Counted from the stretch's first letter, positions 24,370 through 38,514 are shown. The stretch: 64,000 nucleotides of DNA from Vicugna vicugna (GCA_013265495.1 MU058844.1:10128184-10192183); one strand, 5' to 3'. Numbers and translations are program-made. Notes: a model not told the origin generated them from the sequence alone.

Positions 24370-26860
24370 AAATTAAACAAGAGAAGAGAAATAGATACAA
24401 ACAACTTCAAACACAAAAGAGGCTGAAAAAATATTGTAAATAACTATGTACAAATAAATATAAAACCAGATGAAATTTAAAAATTTAATTTTAAACTAAA
24501 ATGCAAATAGAAAGCTTGAATAAATTAATATCTTTAAATACACTGAAATATTAATCAAAGACCTTCCCAAAAACAACCCAAAAAAGCCCCATGTGCAAAT
24601 AATTTTATATGTGTATGCTCCCCAAATTTCATGTAAGAAATAATCTATTTCTTATACAAATTAGTTCAAAAGAATATTAAAACCTCATTTTATTATTCCA
24701 AATCCAAATAAGAAAAGAATGCTAAAAATAATAATTTAAGCAGACTTTTTAAAAAGCATTTGATAAATATAACACATATGCAGGAAAAGCTAAGAACACT
24801 GGAAGTAGGACTTCATTAATCTGATGAAGGCTATCTACAAAATAACTAAAGCAAATATTACAATTAATGGTGAAAATTTAGATGCTTTTCCTTAGGATCC
24901 AGAACAAGACAAGAAATATGCTATCACTGCTACGATTCAATATAGTGCTAGAGGTTCTATCAACAAAATAAGATAAAAATAAATAACTAAAGTAGGGATT
25001 ATAAAATAAGAAAGAGATTGTTAGAATGGGTAAAAAAAAACAACTCTGTGCTGCTTACAAAAGACAACTGAATATAAATACACAGGCTGGATGAAAGTAA
25101 TTGGATGGAAAAAGATATAGTTTATAAATATCAAGAAGGCTAGAGAGATTTAGCAATTATCTGTTTAAATAGACTTTAAGACAAAGGCCATTACCAGAGA
25201 CAGACATATTTTATAATAAATAAATCCTCAATCATCAGGAATACATAATCCTAAACATACATGAACCTAATAATTGAGCTCCTAAAATCATGAAACAAAA
25301 GTTGATCAAATTAAGTGGAAACAGAAACAAAGCCACCACTGGAGATTTTAACATCCTCTCTCAGCAACTGGTAGACCAAATAGACAAACTCAATAAAAAC
25401 GCAGGAGAATTAAACAATAGTATCAACTTGCTTGGCCTAAAGATATTTATACAATACTATACCCAACAAGAGCAGAAAACACATTCTTTTCAAGTACACA
25501 TGGAACACTGACCAAAACAGCATATTCTGGGCTCTGAAATAAGTGTTAATAAATTTCAAATAAATTTAAGGTATTGGAATCCTAAACAGAGTTTGGACCA
25601 TAGTGGAAATAATTTAGGGGTCAGGCTACCACCATTTGTGCCTATGGGGCAATCTTAATAACATTAAAATAAGGCAACCCAGCATTATATGTCACCTGAT
25701 GCAATGCAATGAGAAATAATAAATGTGTGGGAAATATACAGAATTACTCATGATATATTCTTGCCAAAATAACCTGATCCTAATTCTAAGTTTCTACATC
25801 CAAATTCCAGCTTACAGGAAATACCTCAGACAGAGAAACAAGTTAAATGACATCTAGGAAGAAATATGCCAAATACAGAATTCCTCGGAACACTTGACCA
25901 GTTTCTTCAACAAGCCAGTGGCATGATAAAATAAAGAAGAAAAGACTGTTCTACTGTAGAAACTATCTAAAAGATGTAGCAACCAAATACAGTGAGAGTC
26001 CTTTGCCTGGATACTAATTCAAGTCATCTACAAAAATACGTTTTTAGGTAATTGGGGAAATCTGAATATGAACAGGATATTAGATCATAATTTTAAAAAT
26101 TATAATTACACAAGGTGTGATTATGGCATTGTGGTAATGTAAGAAAATGCTTACCCCTTTTTTTGAGATGCAAATTGATATATTTAGGGATAGGAATGAC
26201 ATGACTCTGGGATTTGCTTTGAAATATTCAGTAAAAATAATTGGACGATAGATGAGGCAAATATGTCAAAATATTGGTGTTTGTTGAAGTTAAGTGATGG
26301 ATAATTTTTCATAATAAAAAATTTTTTAAAGAAGACACAAAGGCCTAGTATCATTAAAGCACCAACCTCTGCAAATTGGATTATAAAGTCAAAGCTGTTA
26401 TGATCAACATTCCAAATGGATTCTGATATTGTTTGACAAAACCCCTCTGAAATTTATATAGAAGCTCAAAGTGTCACATAGAACTAAGACAGTTCTGAAA
26501 AAGAATAACATCAGAGAGATCGGAGTACCAAATTCAGCTTTTTATCTCACATCCCAGAACCGGTGACAGAAGAACAATTTATTGTGATGTTGTGGCAATA
26601 AAGACAGTGAGTCATTGGCATAGGAAAAGACAAATACACTAAATGAGTCAAAGGACTAGAATCAATTCCACATAAAAATGGATCCTTAATTTTTGGCAGA
26701 GTGGACTTCACAGAAGGGTGTGAAAGGGTGAACTATTCAATAAATGTCACTAGGAAAATTGGTAATCTAGTTAAACACAAAATCAAATCAAATGCAGGTA
26801 GATTAAAAATTTAAAGGTGGAAGACAAAACTATGAAACTCTGAGTCATATGTAATAGTGA
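24370..26860 (+). mobile_element. Composite of old L1 fragments (RT-region piece, endonuclease piece at about 25000-25620, 3' UTR piece, more ORF2)
   Basis: ORF 25290..25511 contains TTGDFNILS (L1 endonuclease GDFN motif); gatccagaacaagacaag RT-region motif at about 24900. Confidence 0.8.
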
Positions 26861-27509
26861 GGTTACAAATAGATCATTTTTTGTTTACATAAGGTACACC
26901 CAGATATTTCCAAATTTCTGAAGAACTGACAGCATATCTCAGCAAATTTCTCTTTCTAGAAAGAGATTTGAAGATGTGGTCTTCATCCTTGGGGCCATAG
27001 TGGGGAATCCTCTAGTCAGCTCCTGCAGAGCAAGACATCTCACTTGGAAAAAAAGCAGCCCAGTGTCCACAGTAGCAAATAATGGAAGAAATGCAAAATC
27101 TGATCTTAAGTTTTTTAAGTATTTGATAATTATTGTGATTTTTATGTAGGAAAATGAAGGAACCCTCTGGTCTTTTCTTCTACCAATGTGAAAAAAAAAA
27201 TCTGTAACTTTATACATTTAAATGACTCTGTTAAGAGAGAAATTGTCATCCATACTCCTTGTATGTGTTTTAAGTTTTCTGTTTAAGAGCTGCATGAACA
27301 GTGATCTGTGTTCATATTTTTTCAGGGTTCAATTTAAGTATCATTTCTTTATGTAGCTATTCCTTCTCTCCTCTCTCTGTCCTGCCACCATCTTTGCCAG
27401 GATTAACATTACCACAATCATATTCTCAGTCTTTTCCTTTGTGACTAGTGGTTTTTATGTCTTCAGAAATCCTTCTCTATCCTCTGTCAGAAAGATGTTC
27501 TACTATATT

Positions 27510-27815
27510 GGCAGTCGACCAACTTTTTAGGTAAAGGGCCAAAGTAAACATTTGGGGCTTTACAGACCATACAGTCTCTGGCAACAGCTCAGCTCTGTCA
27601 CTGTGACATGAAACAGCCACAGACAACATGTAATGAATGGGTGTGACTGTGTTTCAATAAAGCTTTATTAATGGACACTAAAATTTGAATTGTATATAAT
27701 TTTCACATGTCACAAAATATTATTCTTTTCGGTTTCTTTCAACCATGTAAAAAAAGAAAAAGTCATTCTTAGCGCGTGGACCACACAAAATCAAGTGGCA
27801 GGCTTGATTCGGGGT
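27510..27815. mobile_element. MER58-like hAT MITE, opposite orientation to the 23028 copy
   Basis: gtaaagggcc...cagccacagacaac...aatgggtgtgactgtgtttcaataaagcttta. Confidence 0.8.
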
Positions 27816-28184
27816 AAGTCTTAGAATTTAAAGGATTGACCATAAAGTTTTATGCAAGGAAGAAAAAGAAGTCATCCTCCTCTTCAGCCAGGGAAATTAT
27901 GGGAAGAAGTAGAGAGGAGAAGAGGACAGGGAAATGAATAGTGTGTTTCTCAATTTTCCCCTCTCCAAACTTTGCTCAGTGCGTGAAGAGGTGTCATTAA
28001 GTAAATGATGTGGGCAGGGAGGTTTTGCTTCAGCTCTCCAATGAGACGTCATAAAACAATGCCTCTAGCTTCCCTCACATCAACAGGGCCCATCTGAACC
28101 ATTCTGGTATTACACAATGGTCAGAAGAAAGTTTAGGATTCCTGGGCCAGCCTCACTTCTCCTTGGTAATAAATAGAATAAGTA

Positions 28185-28810
28185 CCATGGAGAAAAACAA
28201 AGAAGAGATAGTGGATAAGATGTAGAAAGAGGAGTGTCATTTTAAACAGGATGTCAGGGAATTTTTCAATGGGAAAAGTTTGAGTAAAGGAAAAAATATT
28301 CTAGGATAAAAACAAGGGCTTCAGCTCTGAGGTGTTGGGCATGTTCAAGGTACAGCAATTTGGCTACTGTACTGGGGCAGAGGGGTCAAAGGGAAAAGTA
28401 GGAGGGATGAGCTAAAGGAGATAACGGAGCTTAGGCTGTTCTATGGGGCCTTAAATCAGTGTAAGAACTTTGAATTTATTCTGTAAGAGATGGTAAGCCA
28501 TGAGAGGTTTCTGTGCAGTGGAATAATACAATCTAACTTCTGTTTTTGCAGATCTCTCCAGCTGCTATACTGAGAATAGACTCTAAGTGTCGAGGACAAA
28601 ACCCAGAAGATCATTTAGCAGGTTGTTTCAATAATCCAAGAGAGAGATGATGGTGACGTGGATCGGGGTGGTAGTGGAGGTGGTGAGAAGTATTTGAATT
28701 CTGCATCTGTGTTGGAGGCAGAAGCAATGCAACTTGTTGACAGAATAGATGTACATTGTGAGGGAAAGATGGAAGTCAAGGATGAAGCCCAAGTTTTAAA
28801 CTAAGAGCAG
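28185..28810 (-). mobile_element. L2 LINE fragment
   Basis: gtaagaactttgaatttattctgtaagagatggtaagcca...aataatccaagagagagatgatggtg...gaagtcaaggatga. Confidence 0.85.
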
Positions 28811-28915
28811 CTGAGTTTTGGAATTATTATCCTAAGCATCCATTTTGGGATGCCATGTAGTGATTCCTTCAATGATCACTGAAGCAAATAGGATATATTC
28901 TTCTCACTGACTTAC

Positions 28916-29023
28916 CCAGACACCTTTACATTTGGTGATGCCTCTTCTTCTGCTGTCTACTTTCTCTGCTCAGGGATTCTCCTCCAGGTAGACATCCTTC
29001 TTCTTAACTTCTAATCTGGGCCA
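28916..29023 (-). other. Candidate 108-nt internal exon with stops in all three frames
   Basis: Acceptor ccctttgtgtgtttacAG; donor TGG|GTAAGT; purine-rich body with two GAAGAAG motifs. Confidence 0.35.
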
Positions 29024-29444
29024 CTGTAAACACACAAAGGGCTAAAGTTTAACAGAGGACACTAGATAGCCTCATTTGTGAAATTTTTAAAATGGACTTT
29101 CACAACGTTCTAAGATGGCAGGCTGTGTTTCAAGGGTTGCTTCAGACCCTGGTTTAAAATAAAGTGTCTGTGCTCTCTGTTGTTACCTTTCCTCCCAATT
29201 TGGGAAATTTATGTGGTTTGTTTGCTCTTTAGGGTTTTCTGATTTACTTCTGGTTTGATGAGAAATCCAGCATGCTTCTGTATGTAAATATGTAGCTTAA
29301 ACAGGTGATGTAATATGTATATTATATACATAGATAAGTACATTAAACATATAACATAGCTCCCGTCTCCATTCTCTTGTCCCTATTTCCAACTCTTACT
29401 CCTCAAACATTGTATAAGTTAGGTGTGGTAAAATTTAACACCCG

Positions 29445-29620
29445 CCTGAGGTTTCTCAATGTTTAGTGGACCTAAGAATCATTTGGAAAAGTATGATAAG
29501 ATGCAGATCCCCGGATTTTACTCCTAGAGATTAAGATTGAGTAGATTTGTGGTAGACTCCAAATCCCCAGACGAATTTGCTACAAGTGGGCAAGAGAGCA
29601 CAACAGGAGAAACACAGAAC
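29445..29620. mobile_element. MER5-like hAT MITE
   Basis: gtttctcaa...taagaatcatttgga...atgcagatccccgg...gagattaagattgagtagatttg. Confidence 0.6.
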
Positions 29621-29789
29621 TAGGCCATGCAGTGCAAAACAGTGGGAACAGTCCTGGCCCAGGGTGACAGAACTAGAGGGAATACTGAAGAAGAACACAG
29701 CAGATGCTGAGGAAACAATGACGCTAAGATACTAACTTTGGATGCAGCAGCTCTAACTGATACTGTGTTTGTCTAAATTTGATAGTTGG

Positions 29790-30050
29790 ACTGTGTTATG
29801 CGAGCACTTTAGAGTTGGCTCGATCTGTCCGAAGGTGTAAGAAGACTAACCATTAATTATTACTAACTATGCAATCCTGGTCGAATTATCTCGTTCTTCT
29901 GAGTTGAGAAGTTTCCTCACTTGTTAATCGAGAAAAATGATGCTTAACCCCACCACATGGTATGAATTAAATGAGAGCTAATACAATTAAAGCATTTAGG
30001 AATTCTACCCAGCATACAGTATACTCTCAATTAATGTTGATTGTGATTAT
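29790..30050 (+). mobile_element. MIR SINE (decayed)
   Basis: agtttcctcacttg...gaattaaatgag...aaagcatttag...ctcaattaatgtt. Confidence 0.65.
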
Positions 30051-30777
30051 TAGAGGGTATGGGTAATACTTATATAAGGTATATAAAGTATGAATAGAGA
30101 GTTTGGTACACATACATACATACATATATATTTTATACAACACTATATAATTCTATTCTCATCATCAAAACTCTGAAATCTCAGGGTATTTTTTATAGAT
30201 AAAAGAACTTTTTTCCAAAGATGCATTTTCTGGCATTGTTTTATTTTACACAGGAATAAACAAAGTTTGTATTAATTTTTAAAAGCTGAAAAGTTCTTAT
30301 ACTTCCATCTGTGATTACAGCCTCCTAAAATAAGGAACAAGGTCTATGTGGTTTTCTTCATATAATACGTTAGTATAAATCATATGCAACAGGGAACTTC
30401 ATGAATGGCTTTGATAATTTTCATCTTCTGAAATATTTACAAGATCCACATTAATTTGGGTTATTAAATAATTGACCAACAAGCTAATTTGAACATTTGA
30501 CAAGCAAAATAGATTTGTCTCCAAATTTCTAGTTCACATCTTAGTGGAGATAATAAGAAGGTGAATGAAGCCAAGCAAAGGGCATAATTAATGATTTGGT
30601 CACGGCCTTTAAATTGGCAGGAGAACTTGTTGAATGGTGATAAAAATGGAAGAGTAATGACTTATTTGAGTTTTCTTATGTTTGTACTCAAAAGTCCAAG
30701 AGTCACAATCCAATTTGTGCTATTTCCAATGTCTAGAGCCCTTCACAGAATAGGAGGGATGATAGTGTAAAAAGGTT

Positions 30778-31880
30778 GTAGGAATTTAGAAACACACCCC
30801 ACAGAGTTTGGCGTTCGAGGCTAGGAACCCCCAAAAGCTTCCAGTTAATGCCTTTGATAGGTAAGGGCTGATGTGAGCCACCTACATGGGTTCCTATCCA
30901 GTATCACCCTCATGTGAGCCGAAGGGTGGCACCAAAACTGCTGTGCTTCTTAGTGAGACTATGAGAAGTAACAACCCTGCTGCTACCACACACTTAAATA
31001 TCAGTGGTGGCTATTTCCCTGAGTAATACTGAAGTATGTGAGTCTGATCTCCCCTTTCCCCTTCCTCCCAAACTAAAGAGAATGATTTAAGTGAGAGAGG
31101 TATGTTTCCCTCCGTCAGCACACTCACCTCCAAGTCTCAGGATAAGCAAGGCCTGTTTATCAGGCCCCTTCCCCATCGCCTCTCACCCCCACCCCCATCC
31201 TCATAAAGCTGGCTTCTAAACCCTTATTTAAGGAGCCCTTAAGAAGTTTCTCTTTACTATTTAACCAATAGCCACATCTGTGATGCCATAATCCCTATGG
31301 AAGTTTTATTCTCCAGGCTCTGACCTGAGAGAACTCATATACTAACCCTAGCCCTCATTCTACATTTATTAGCAAAAACTCTTAGAGTCCCACCTCCCTC
31401 AGTTTGCATCTAGGCATCATAATGGATTTTATTTTATTTAAGATTTGTTTTGGTGCTTATTCTTCTGGTGTCTCTTTTTCCAAACCATTTTGGTGTATTA
31501 GTTGGCTTGAGACACACACACACACACGCACACGCACACACCCTATTCCTTGTGTGACCCAAAGGGGCATTCAACTTCCACAGACTTATTCTCTGGGCAG
31601 CTGCCCAGTTCCATTTTCAGAGAGGCAAGTTGCCAAAACCAAAGAAGAGTTCCCCACCCACACGCCGCACCTTCCCTTTCATTCTGTAACCAGAAATAGT
31701 ACCGGACACCTGTGGGTGCCCACCTGAGGAGTCTCTGCATACCTCAGCTAGAGATTTAACACCTGCTTTTCTTTCCCGTCCCAACTTCCCACTAGTTTAG
31801 AAAGAGTGACTCTTGGGTTTACATCTTGCACACTCACACTTAGAAAGTACCTTTGGCTCAGCACCTGGTGTAGGCCATTA
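30778..31880. mobile_element. Probable ancient LTR-derived block with a (CA)n tract at about 31512-31541
   Basis: Begins tgtagg; GC content above flanks and LTR-like texture; family not recognised. Confidence 0.3.
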
Positions 31881-32448
31881 AAAGGAAAGAAAGGATGTTG
31901 GCAACTGAAGTCTTTCATTCTTAGCATTCGTGATTTTTTCAAGAGGAAATTTCAAAGGGATCATTGTTGCTTTAAAAATGAATACAAATGATGTTTTGAT
32001 CTATTGTTACCTTGTTCCTAACTGTTTTTGTGGGAAGAGGTGTCCTCCCGACTCCACTGTCAGCACCCACTGATATACCTTCTCACATACACCAACGTCT
32101 GAGAGAGGTACACCCAAATCCCCTCTCTTCACCACAAGGAAATACTGTTCGGAAGTTTCAGCAAGTTAGTTGAGCTTCCATTTATATACCTGCAAAATGA
32201 CAATAGTGATTCTTACCTCACAAGATACTTTGGAGATTATAAAACGAATGTGAAATCATTTTGAAAATAACACATTATAAATATATATATTCAGGTAATG
32301 AAAATTTAATTGCACTAACAACTTAAAGTCTCCTAGCTGGATTTCCTGGTTTTCTTAGTTAGGTCCCAATGATTACAAGTAATACAAACCACATCAAACT
32401 AGCTTAAGAAAAATGGAGAAGTGTTTTATAAGAATGTCACAATGTCTT

Positions 32449-33915
32449 CACAGATCAATGGAACAGAATAAAGAGCATAGAAATAAATCCATGCACTTAT
32501 GGTTAATTAATCTATGACAAAGGAGGCAAGAATATACAATGGAGAAAAGACAGTCTCTTCAATAAGGGGTGCTGGGAAAACTGGGCAGTTCCATGTAAAA
32601 GAACATGAAATTAGAACATTCTCCAACACCATATACAAAAATAAACTCAGAATGTGTTAAAGACCTAAATGTAAGACCAGAAATCATAAAAGTCCTAGAA
32701 GAAAACATAGGCATAACATTCTTTGATGTAAATCGCAGGAGTATTTTTGGATAAGTCCCCTAAAGCAAAGGAAATAAAACCAAAAATAAACAAATGGGAC
32801 CCAATTAAACTTAAAAGCTTTTACACAGCAAAGGAAACTATTGACAAAATGCAAAGACAAGCTACTAATGGGAGAAAATATTTGCAGATGATACAGCTGA
32901 TAAGGGGTTAATATCCAAAATATGTAAATAGCTCATACAACCCAACATAAAATAAACAACTCAATTAAAAAATGGGCAGAAGACCTGAATAGATATTTTT
33001 CCAAAGAGGAAATGCAGATGGACAACCAGCACAAGAAAAGATGCTCAACATCACTAATCATCAGGGAAATACAAATCAAAACCACAATGAGATATCACCT
33101 GACGCCTCTCAGAGTGGCCATCATCAAAAAGAACACAAATAACAGTGTTGGCAAGGATGTGGAGAAAGGGGAACCCTCATACACTGTTGATGGGAATGTA
33201 AATTAGTAGAGCCCCTATGGAAAACAGTGTGAAGGTTTTTCAAAAAAAATAAAAATAGAACTATCATATGACCCAGAAATTCCACTCCTGGACGTATAGC
33301 TGAAAAAAAAACAAAAACATTAATTCAAAAAGACATATGTACCCCAATGTTCATAGCAGCATTCTTATACAATGGCAAGATATGGAGGCAACCTAAGTGT
33401 CCATCAACAGATGAACATGTAAAGAAGATGTGGCACACACACACACGCACAATGGAATACTATTCCGCCATAAAAAGAAGGAAATTTTGCCATTTGAAAC
33501 AACAGATGGACTTGGAGGGCATTATGCTAAGTGAAATAAGTCAGACAGAGAAAGGTAAATACTGTATGATCTCACTTACATGTGGAATCTAAACAGTACA
33601 ACAAACTAGAGAATATAACAAAAAAGAAACAGACTCAGATGTAAGGAAAAAATTAGTGGCTACCAGTGGGGAGAAAGGAGGGAGTAGGGGGTTAAAAGGT
33701 ACAAACTATTATGTATAAAATAAGCTACAAGGATATATTGTACAACACAGGGAATGTAGCCAATATTTTATAATAACTAGTTGTGAATCCCTATACTGTA
33801 CACAGGCAACTTATATAATATTGTATATAAACCACATCTCAATTAAAAAATGTTTCATCAAACAACAAAAACAAAACAGCAACCTGTAAATAAATTTGAA
33901 AACTTAAAAAAAAAA
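32449..33915 (+). mobile_element. L1 ORF2 3' portion plus 3' UTR, inserted into an MLT1-like LTR
   Basis: ORFs 33012..33206 ([24 protein letters not shown]) and 33347..33592 (MEYYSAIK) are frameshifted ORF2; A-tails at about 33845 and 33906. Confidence 0.95.
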
Positions 33916-34606
33916 TTCCATACTGTCTGAAAAAACAAGACAGAACAAAAACAAAACCAGAGCAGGAAAAAAACAGCACAGCCTTGCAAAGGACTAAAAC
34001 CAGGAACTGGAAGATCCCTGGAACTCCTTGCATTCTGTCTCTTGTCTTACTAGTTCAGTCTATCTTATTCTTCTCCAGAACCACTCACAGACTCAGGCAA
34101 GAGGGGATCTGCCCCAGCCTCAGAACTTCAGACGGCCCCACTCTTGCCCTTCCCTGACTGTGCCCTTCCCCCTGAGGCAAAGACCATGGGGTTAAGATGT
34201 ACCCCTACATGTGCAGAGTCTCTCCCATGTAAGAGTAGGGACAGAGGATTATATGGGGATTCTCTGTACCTTCTGCACAATATTGCTAAACTTGAGCCTA
34301 AATCTGCTCTAAAAAATAAGTCTGTTAAAAAGGAAAAAATCCCTATGCCTTTCCAGAGCCCACAGAGCTCTTTCTATGGCCTAGGCACTTAAGGCCCCAG
34401 AATTCATTTCCCCTAGTGGGCCTGAGTTTATTTTCAGGACCTGTACCAACCTCTTTTCTGGGTCTGTCTTTTCAAGGACAGACATTCTGTGAGTGTGCCT
34501 CTCTAGTCCCAAAGTGTGGTCAAGGTGGATGGATGGTGCTTGGATGAGCTCCTGCAGCATCCAGTACATGCAACACATGGCCCTTTGTGGTACTTATTGG
34601 AAAGAG

Positions 34607-35154
34607 TGTTAGGTAGTTAGATAAGTGGGGGCACTGGGCAGACAGGTGGAGGAGAGGGAGAATGACCTGGAAGACGGTGTTATGCCCACCTCCACCATAA
34701 AGGGACTTTACTTCTAAATGAGTGCCAGCAAGAAACCAGTTAAAACCCGACAGCCACAACTGCGCAGTAGCAGAAAGGACTTAACCAGACACGACCCATA
34801 TACGTTGTATTATAATTAATATTGAGGTTTAGCCACCCCCACCTCAATGGGTTTTCCTGTGTACACCACAGGTAAGGACACGTGCATAAGGGGCCAAACA
34901 TGACTAAGCATTCCAGGCACAAGAGCTGTCACTCAATCAAAAGACCACCTCTAACCCAGGATATAAGAGAAAAGGGAGACAAAAACTGCTGCTTTTCCTC
35001 CCTTGAATCAGCTCGCCTCCTGCTCTTGGAGGTGTACTTTCCTTTTTTAAATAAATCTTTTGAAATCTTTCACTACACAATACACCATCTCCCATCTGTA
35101 AATCTTATCTTTCGGGTAAGACAAGAACTGGAGACTTTACCTTCTGGGGTAAGA
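34607..35154 (+). mobile_element. ERV solo LTR, 548 bp, probably ERV1 class
   Basis: Starts TGTTA, ends TAAGA (one change from TAACA); TSD agag at 34603-34606 and 35155-35158; TATAAG 34962-34967; AATAAA 35050-35055. Confidence 0.85.
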
Positions 35155-38064
35155 AGAGGAGTGGCTGCAGATCACCTCTCTCCCAAAGTCACTTTCCACT
35201 GCAGAATTCTGAAGAGTCTCAGAAATTTCCATTTTCAAATTTCACCTCCAAAGTAGTTGTAAATTACATTTGTCAAGCCAGCAAGATAAAAAATACCTTA
35301 ATCATTTGTTTCCTTAATTTACGACTTTCCAATATCTAAACTGTGATATGAAGGGCTACCATTTGTGCTCTTGCTCCTGGCCCAATTAATGTTAGGGATA
35401 AGCCAGTTCTCCCCCAAAGGCACACTGGATTCCAGCTCCAAGGATACAAGCAACAGGCTCAGTCCCAGGTGGAGAACAAACTCCAGGCTCATGTTCTGAT
35501 TCTAAATTCCTGGAAGAGAGTCAGATTGGCTCAGCTCAGGTTGGGGAAGGGAGGAGGAATGCTGAGTACTTTGGAAGTGGGCATTTTCATAGAAATAAGA
35601 CTGCTAGGGGAGGGAGGGATTTCCCAGAGAAATCTGGCTGAGTAGGTTCTCCATGGAGTACCCAACTTCACGAGTGAAATAAATGCAACCTGTATTCCTC
35701 TTATTTCAAATTGGTGGGAAATATGGAAAATCAACATATTCCAGTTATAAGACAAATTATACCATGCTTAGTTAGTCTTTTTTACAGTTGGCTTTAACAG
35801 GAACAATTAATATGAACTATGGTGGAGAGGAAATTTCTGTTCAAGAGAAATTAAAGTTTTATTAAAATGTTGTTCAGTCTCCATCTTCATACAGCATTTT
35901 TAAAAAGTGATCAGTGTGTTAATACAAGTATAATACTTTTTTCCTTATTAGAAAGTCAAGCTAAAGTGTTTTTAAAACATTCCATTGACTTATTCTTCCC
36001 AATCTCCTTTGTTTAAAAAAAAAAGCAACAAACCTAATAAGGTATAAAATGTTTCATTAGAAAATCCTTGCCAAGCCTTCTAGCTATAGCAGGATGAATA
36101 CAGTTCATAACTGGGGACTAACAGTCCTATGAAAAAAATACAAAGAACTGGAAACTAGTATTTGCTTTGGATACAAGAAAAGCATGTAGAATAACACTGT
36201 TTCAGCAAGATTATCTCCATGTGACAGTATCAAATATGGAAGGAATGAGAAGGTATACTTTCAACCGTTTCTGGAAGGAAAAAAAAAAGGGGGAAACCTC
36301 AGCAAAAGTAAAAAGTCAGGCATACATTGTTACTGTTTCCATGTATGTTTCTTCACCTCAAATAACCTAATGTTACTGTTTAGACTTAAACTGAAAGGCC
36401 CATCCATTCTACCCAAGTCTGAAGCTTAACCTCCTTTACACTTTAAGCAGACAAAACTTCTGCTGATTTCATTTGGCTCCCATAGACAATATGCAACCAT
36501 CCAGAAGTCATTCAGCAATTCTAAACAAAAGCATTATTTGCTCCGGAGCAACAGAGTGTCCGTATATAGGAAGGGCTTATGGGCAGTAATCTAGTTACAA
36601 TGGGGACTAGAAGTGGAGACTTCAAACATTTCTGTTTAAATATACAATTAACATTTAAATACTATGAAGCCCTCCCAACATTTTAAAACCAAAATATGAA
36701 AAATCTCTTTTCCCCATAAGTTTTAATAGTAGGAAAAGGTACAATTCTTATATATTGTGTATTTTGACATTTTTTAAATGAAATGGTTATAACACTCTTC
36801 TAAATGTATCAGAAAGAATGTAAATAATAGTGATTTAACATCACTGTCATTCACTTTAAAAACATGTGAACAAGCTCTTCCTTAACAGTTTCTTCTACTC
36901 CTTGAATTCTAATTTCCTTTTCACCTTTCTCACAGAATTGTATGATGTAATATAGTTTGCGTTTTTCATCTTATATTAATCAACTCCATAATAGTTCTTT
37001 GCAATAAAACTATGTATAGAAACTTAAATTAAGCGGTCCCCCACCATAACAATAGTGGACTAAGTATTTCATTGAAAGTCTTCTGGTTATCATTAATATT
37101 AGTCATCAATTATTGCAAACATCGTGAGTGATTGCACATGTGTAGTATGACAAGACTGGAGATGGGAGAAAGGTAGTGGGCCTCTTTCAGTCAAGTGGGA
37201 GGACAATTTTGAAAGGAATGCAGAAAAAGAGAAGTACAGTAACTCTGGACCATGGGGGAAATTCTTAGGTAGATCAATTTTTAGAAGGAATAAACATGAA
37301 AGTTCAATATCTATAAATTGACCCTGAAAGTTATCTGTGTCCAAGTATACACAGGGATATCTCTTCATACCCCAGGAATTGCATACTTTGGTTTGAAGAT
37401 CTTTGAGCTAGATGAATTTATCTGAGGTTACTTTTACATAGTAAGTACATTCTTTTTACATAGATTTATGTCAATCAATAAACCATTAAAATTTGTAATG
37501 ATGCTTTTATTGAACACGAAGAAAATCAATTTGAAAATGTGTTATTATTTGTATTTGGACTCTCTTGAGAGACAGTTGCTAGAGATTAATAAGAAATCTA
37601 AAACACCTTCTTGCCACTCCTACTATTCACAGCCACCTTTTATCTTTGCTTGGCCTACATAACCAGTTGGTTCTTTCAGCCCTCCCTAAACTACTCAATG
37701 CTTAGTCAACTTAGATTGCTGGCCTAGGTAGAAAGACCTTCTTTCCCAAAAGTTGTATTCCTTTCCATCTCTGCTTGCAATTGACTCAATTCAGTCTGAA
37801 TCCATATTTGCCTTGAAAACTTTGCTGAAAGAAGTAAAGAGGCAGCAAATACATTCCAACATTCTGATTTTTTTTTTTGCCTTTTCTCTTAGAGCTATGA
37901 TTTCCATGAGCATTCAGCTCACTTTCCAAGTTACTGCAGATGGCAGCTTTCAAAATCTTTTCCCCTGTGTAATCATGATAGTCAGCCTTCTTGAGTGCAA
38001 TAACTGCGTTCTTATACCCATCCCCTGACCACTCAGCCAATGCCCACTTTTAGCTACCACATTC

Positions 38065-38514
38065 TGTATTTTTTAGGATACAGGTTCAGTTGCTATAATA
38101 AAACAGTGATTTAAACAAAATAGTTTATTTTCACGTAACAATCGAAGTTTAAGCAGAGCTGGGCTGATATAGCAGCTCCATGGTGTTAGAACCCAGGGCT
38201 CATTGTATCTTGTTCTCTTCTGTCCTAAATAAATGCCATCATCAAATAAGTGTCAGCATCACATCCACATGTCAGATAGCAGGAGGAGAATAGAGATGCA
38301 GGGAAAGATATGCATCTTCTTTTCAAGGACATGACCTTGAATTTGCACACATTACTTATACTTATGCCAATTGGTGTGATCATATGGCCACACTTAGTGG
38401 CAAGGAAAGCTGAGAAACACAATCATTAAGTGGGTGGCCACGTGCCCCAGCTAAAAATTCAAGCACATGGGAAAAGAGAGGGGACTGGATATGGGGAGAT
38501 AACTAGCAGACTCT
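38065..38514 (-). mobile_element. MLT1-type MaLR LTR
   Basis: tgtatt...ttgctataa...cagtgatttaaacaa...catatggccacacttag...ggaaagctgagaaa...ccacgtgccccagctaaaa. Confidence 0.75.

Noticed and set aside
31120..31140. Minus-strand donor GAG|GTGAGT
   Set aside because: No matching acceptor or ORF found; lies in probable LTR-derived sequence
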